DNA of 63,281 bases, counting the filler, from Octopus bimaculoides (lineage: Eukaryota): NCBI RefSeq assembly GCF_001194135.2. It is 7 parts of 6 records of this genome, joined end to end, with 100 filler letters (N's around TTAATTAATTAA, not from the genome) between each part and the next. Parts side by side here need not be neighbours in the genome. Positions count along the whole stretch, not along the records: positions 56,913 to 63,281 come from NC_068986.1; 6 more parts are not named here. One strand, 5' to 3'. Below, in pieces: positions 63,068 through 63,281 of this stretch. The translations under genes were made by a program, and so were the position numbers. The notes under the pieces are model-generated. The model saw only the letters and a program-made list of their open reading frames with translations, had not been told where the DNA came from and did not search any database. Positions within the stretch are counted from its first letter, which is position 1. Every line of letters starts with the position of its first letter.

Positions 63068-63281
63068 GAATTTTGGCATAAGGCCAGCCACGATGGGAGT
63101 GAGGTAAGGCGATAACATTCCCCCCCCCCCAACCCAAATACTCAACTGGTACTTATTTTATTGAGCACCTAAAGGATAAAAGATAAAGTCGACCTCGGCA
63201 GAATTTGAACCTAGAATGTAATGACGGATAAATGCCGCAAATCATTTTGCCCGGCGTTATAATGTTTCTGCAAGCTTCCCA
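63068..63281 (-). mobile_element. SINE family B
   Basis: ggtacttattttattgag...aaagtcgacctcggcagaatttgaac. Confidence 0.7.

Overview
AT-rich, extremely microsatellite-dense eukaryotic DNA with many N gaps. The SINE families and repeat style most resemble Octopus (coleoid cephalopod); this is recognition, not a database result. The window is not one contiguous locus: six identical 100-nt spacers (N44-TTAATTAATTAA-N44) join seven separate scaffolds. I find no intact, recognisable host protein gene, and almost all ORF-track entries are translations of microsatellites or N runs. Supportable content is about 35 tRNA-headed SINE or retro-tail copies in at least three families, degraded non-LTR retrotransposons (RTE RT, R4/Dong-like RT and zinc knuckle, CR1/L2-like 3' end, Penelope-like GIY-YIG), three Tc1/mariner transposase relics, two hAT-like ends, palindromic foldback elements and minisatellites. 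The most interesting signal is a dispersed set of minimal type-I hammerhead-ribozyme motifs with palindromic stem III, the form associated with Penelope-like elements. One related repeat arm is truncated exactly at a (TAACCC)3 telomere-type run next to a tRNA-like head. Repeat boundaries are approximate and were read by eye.
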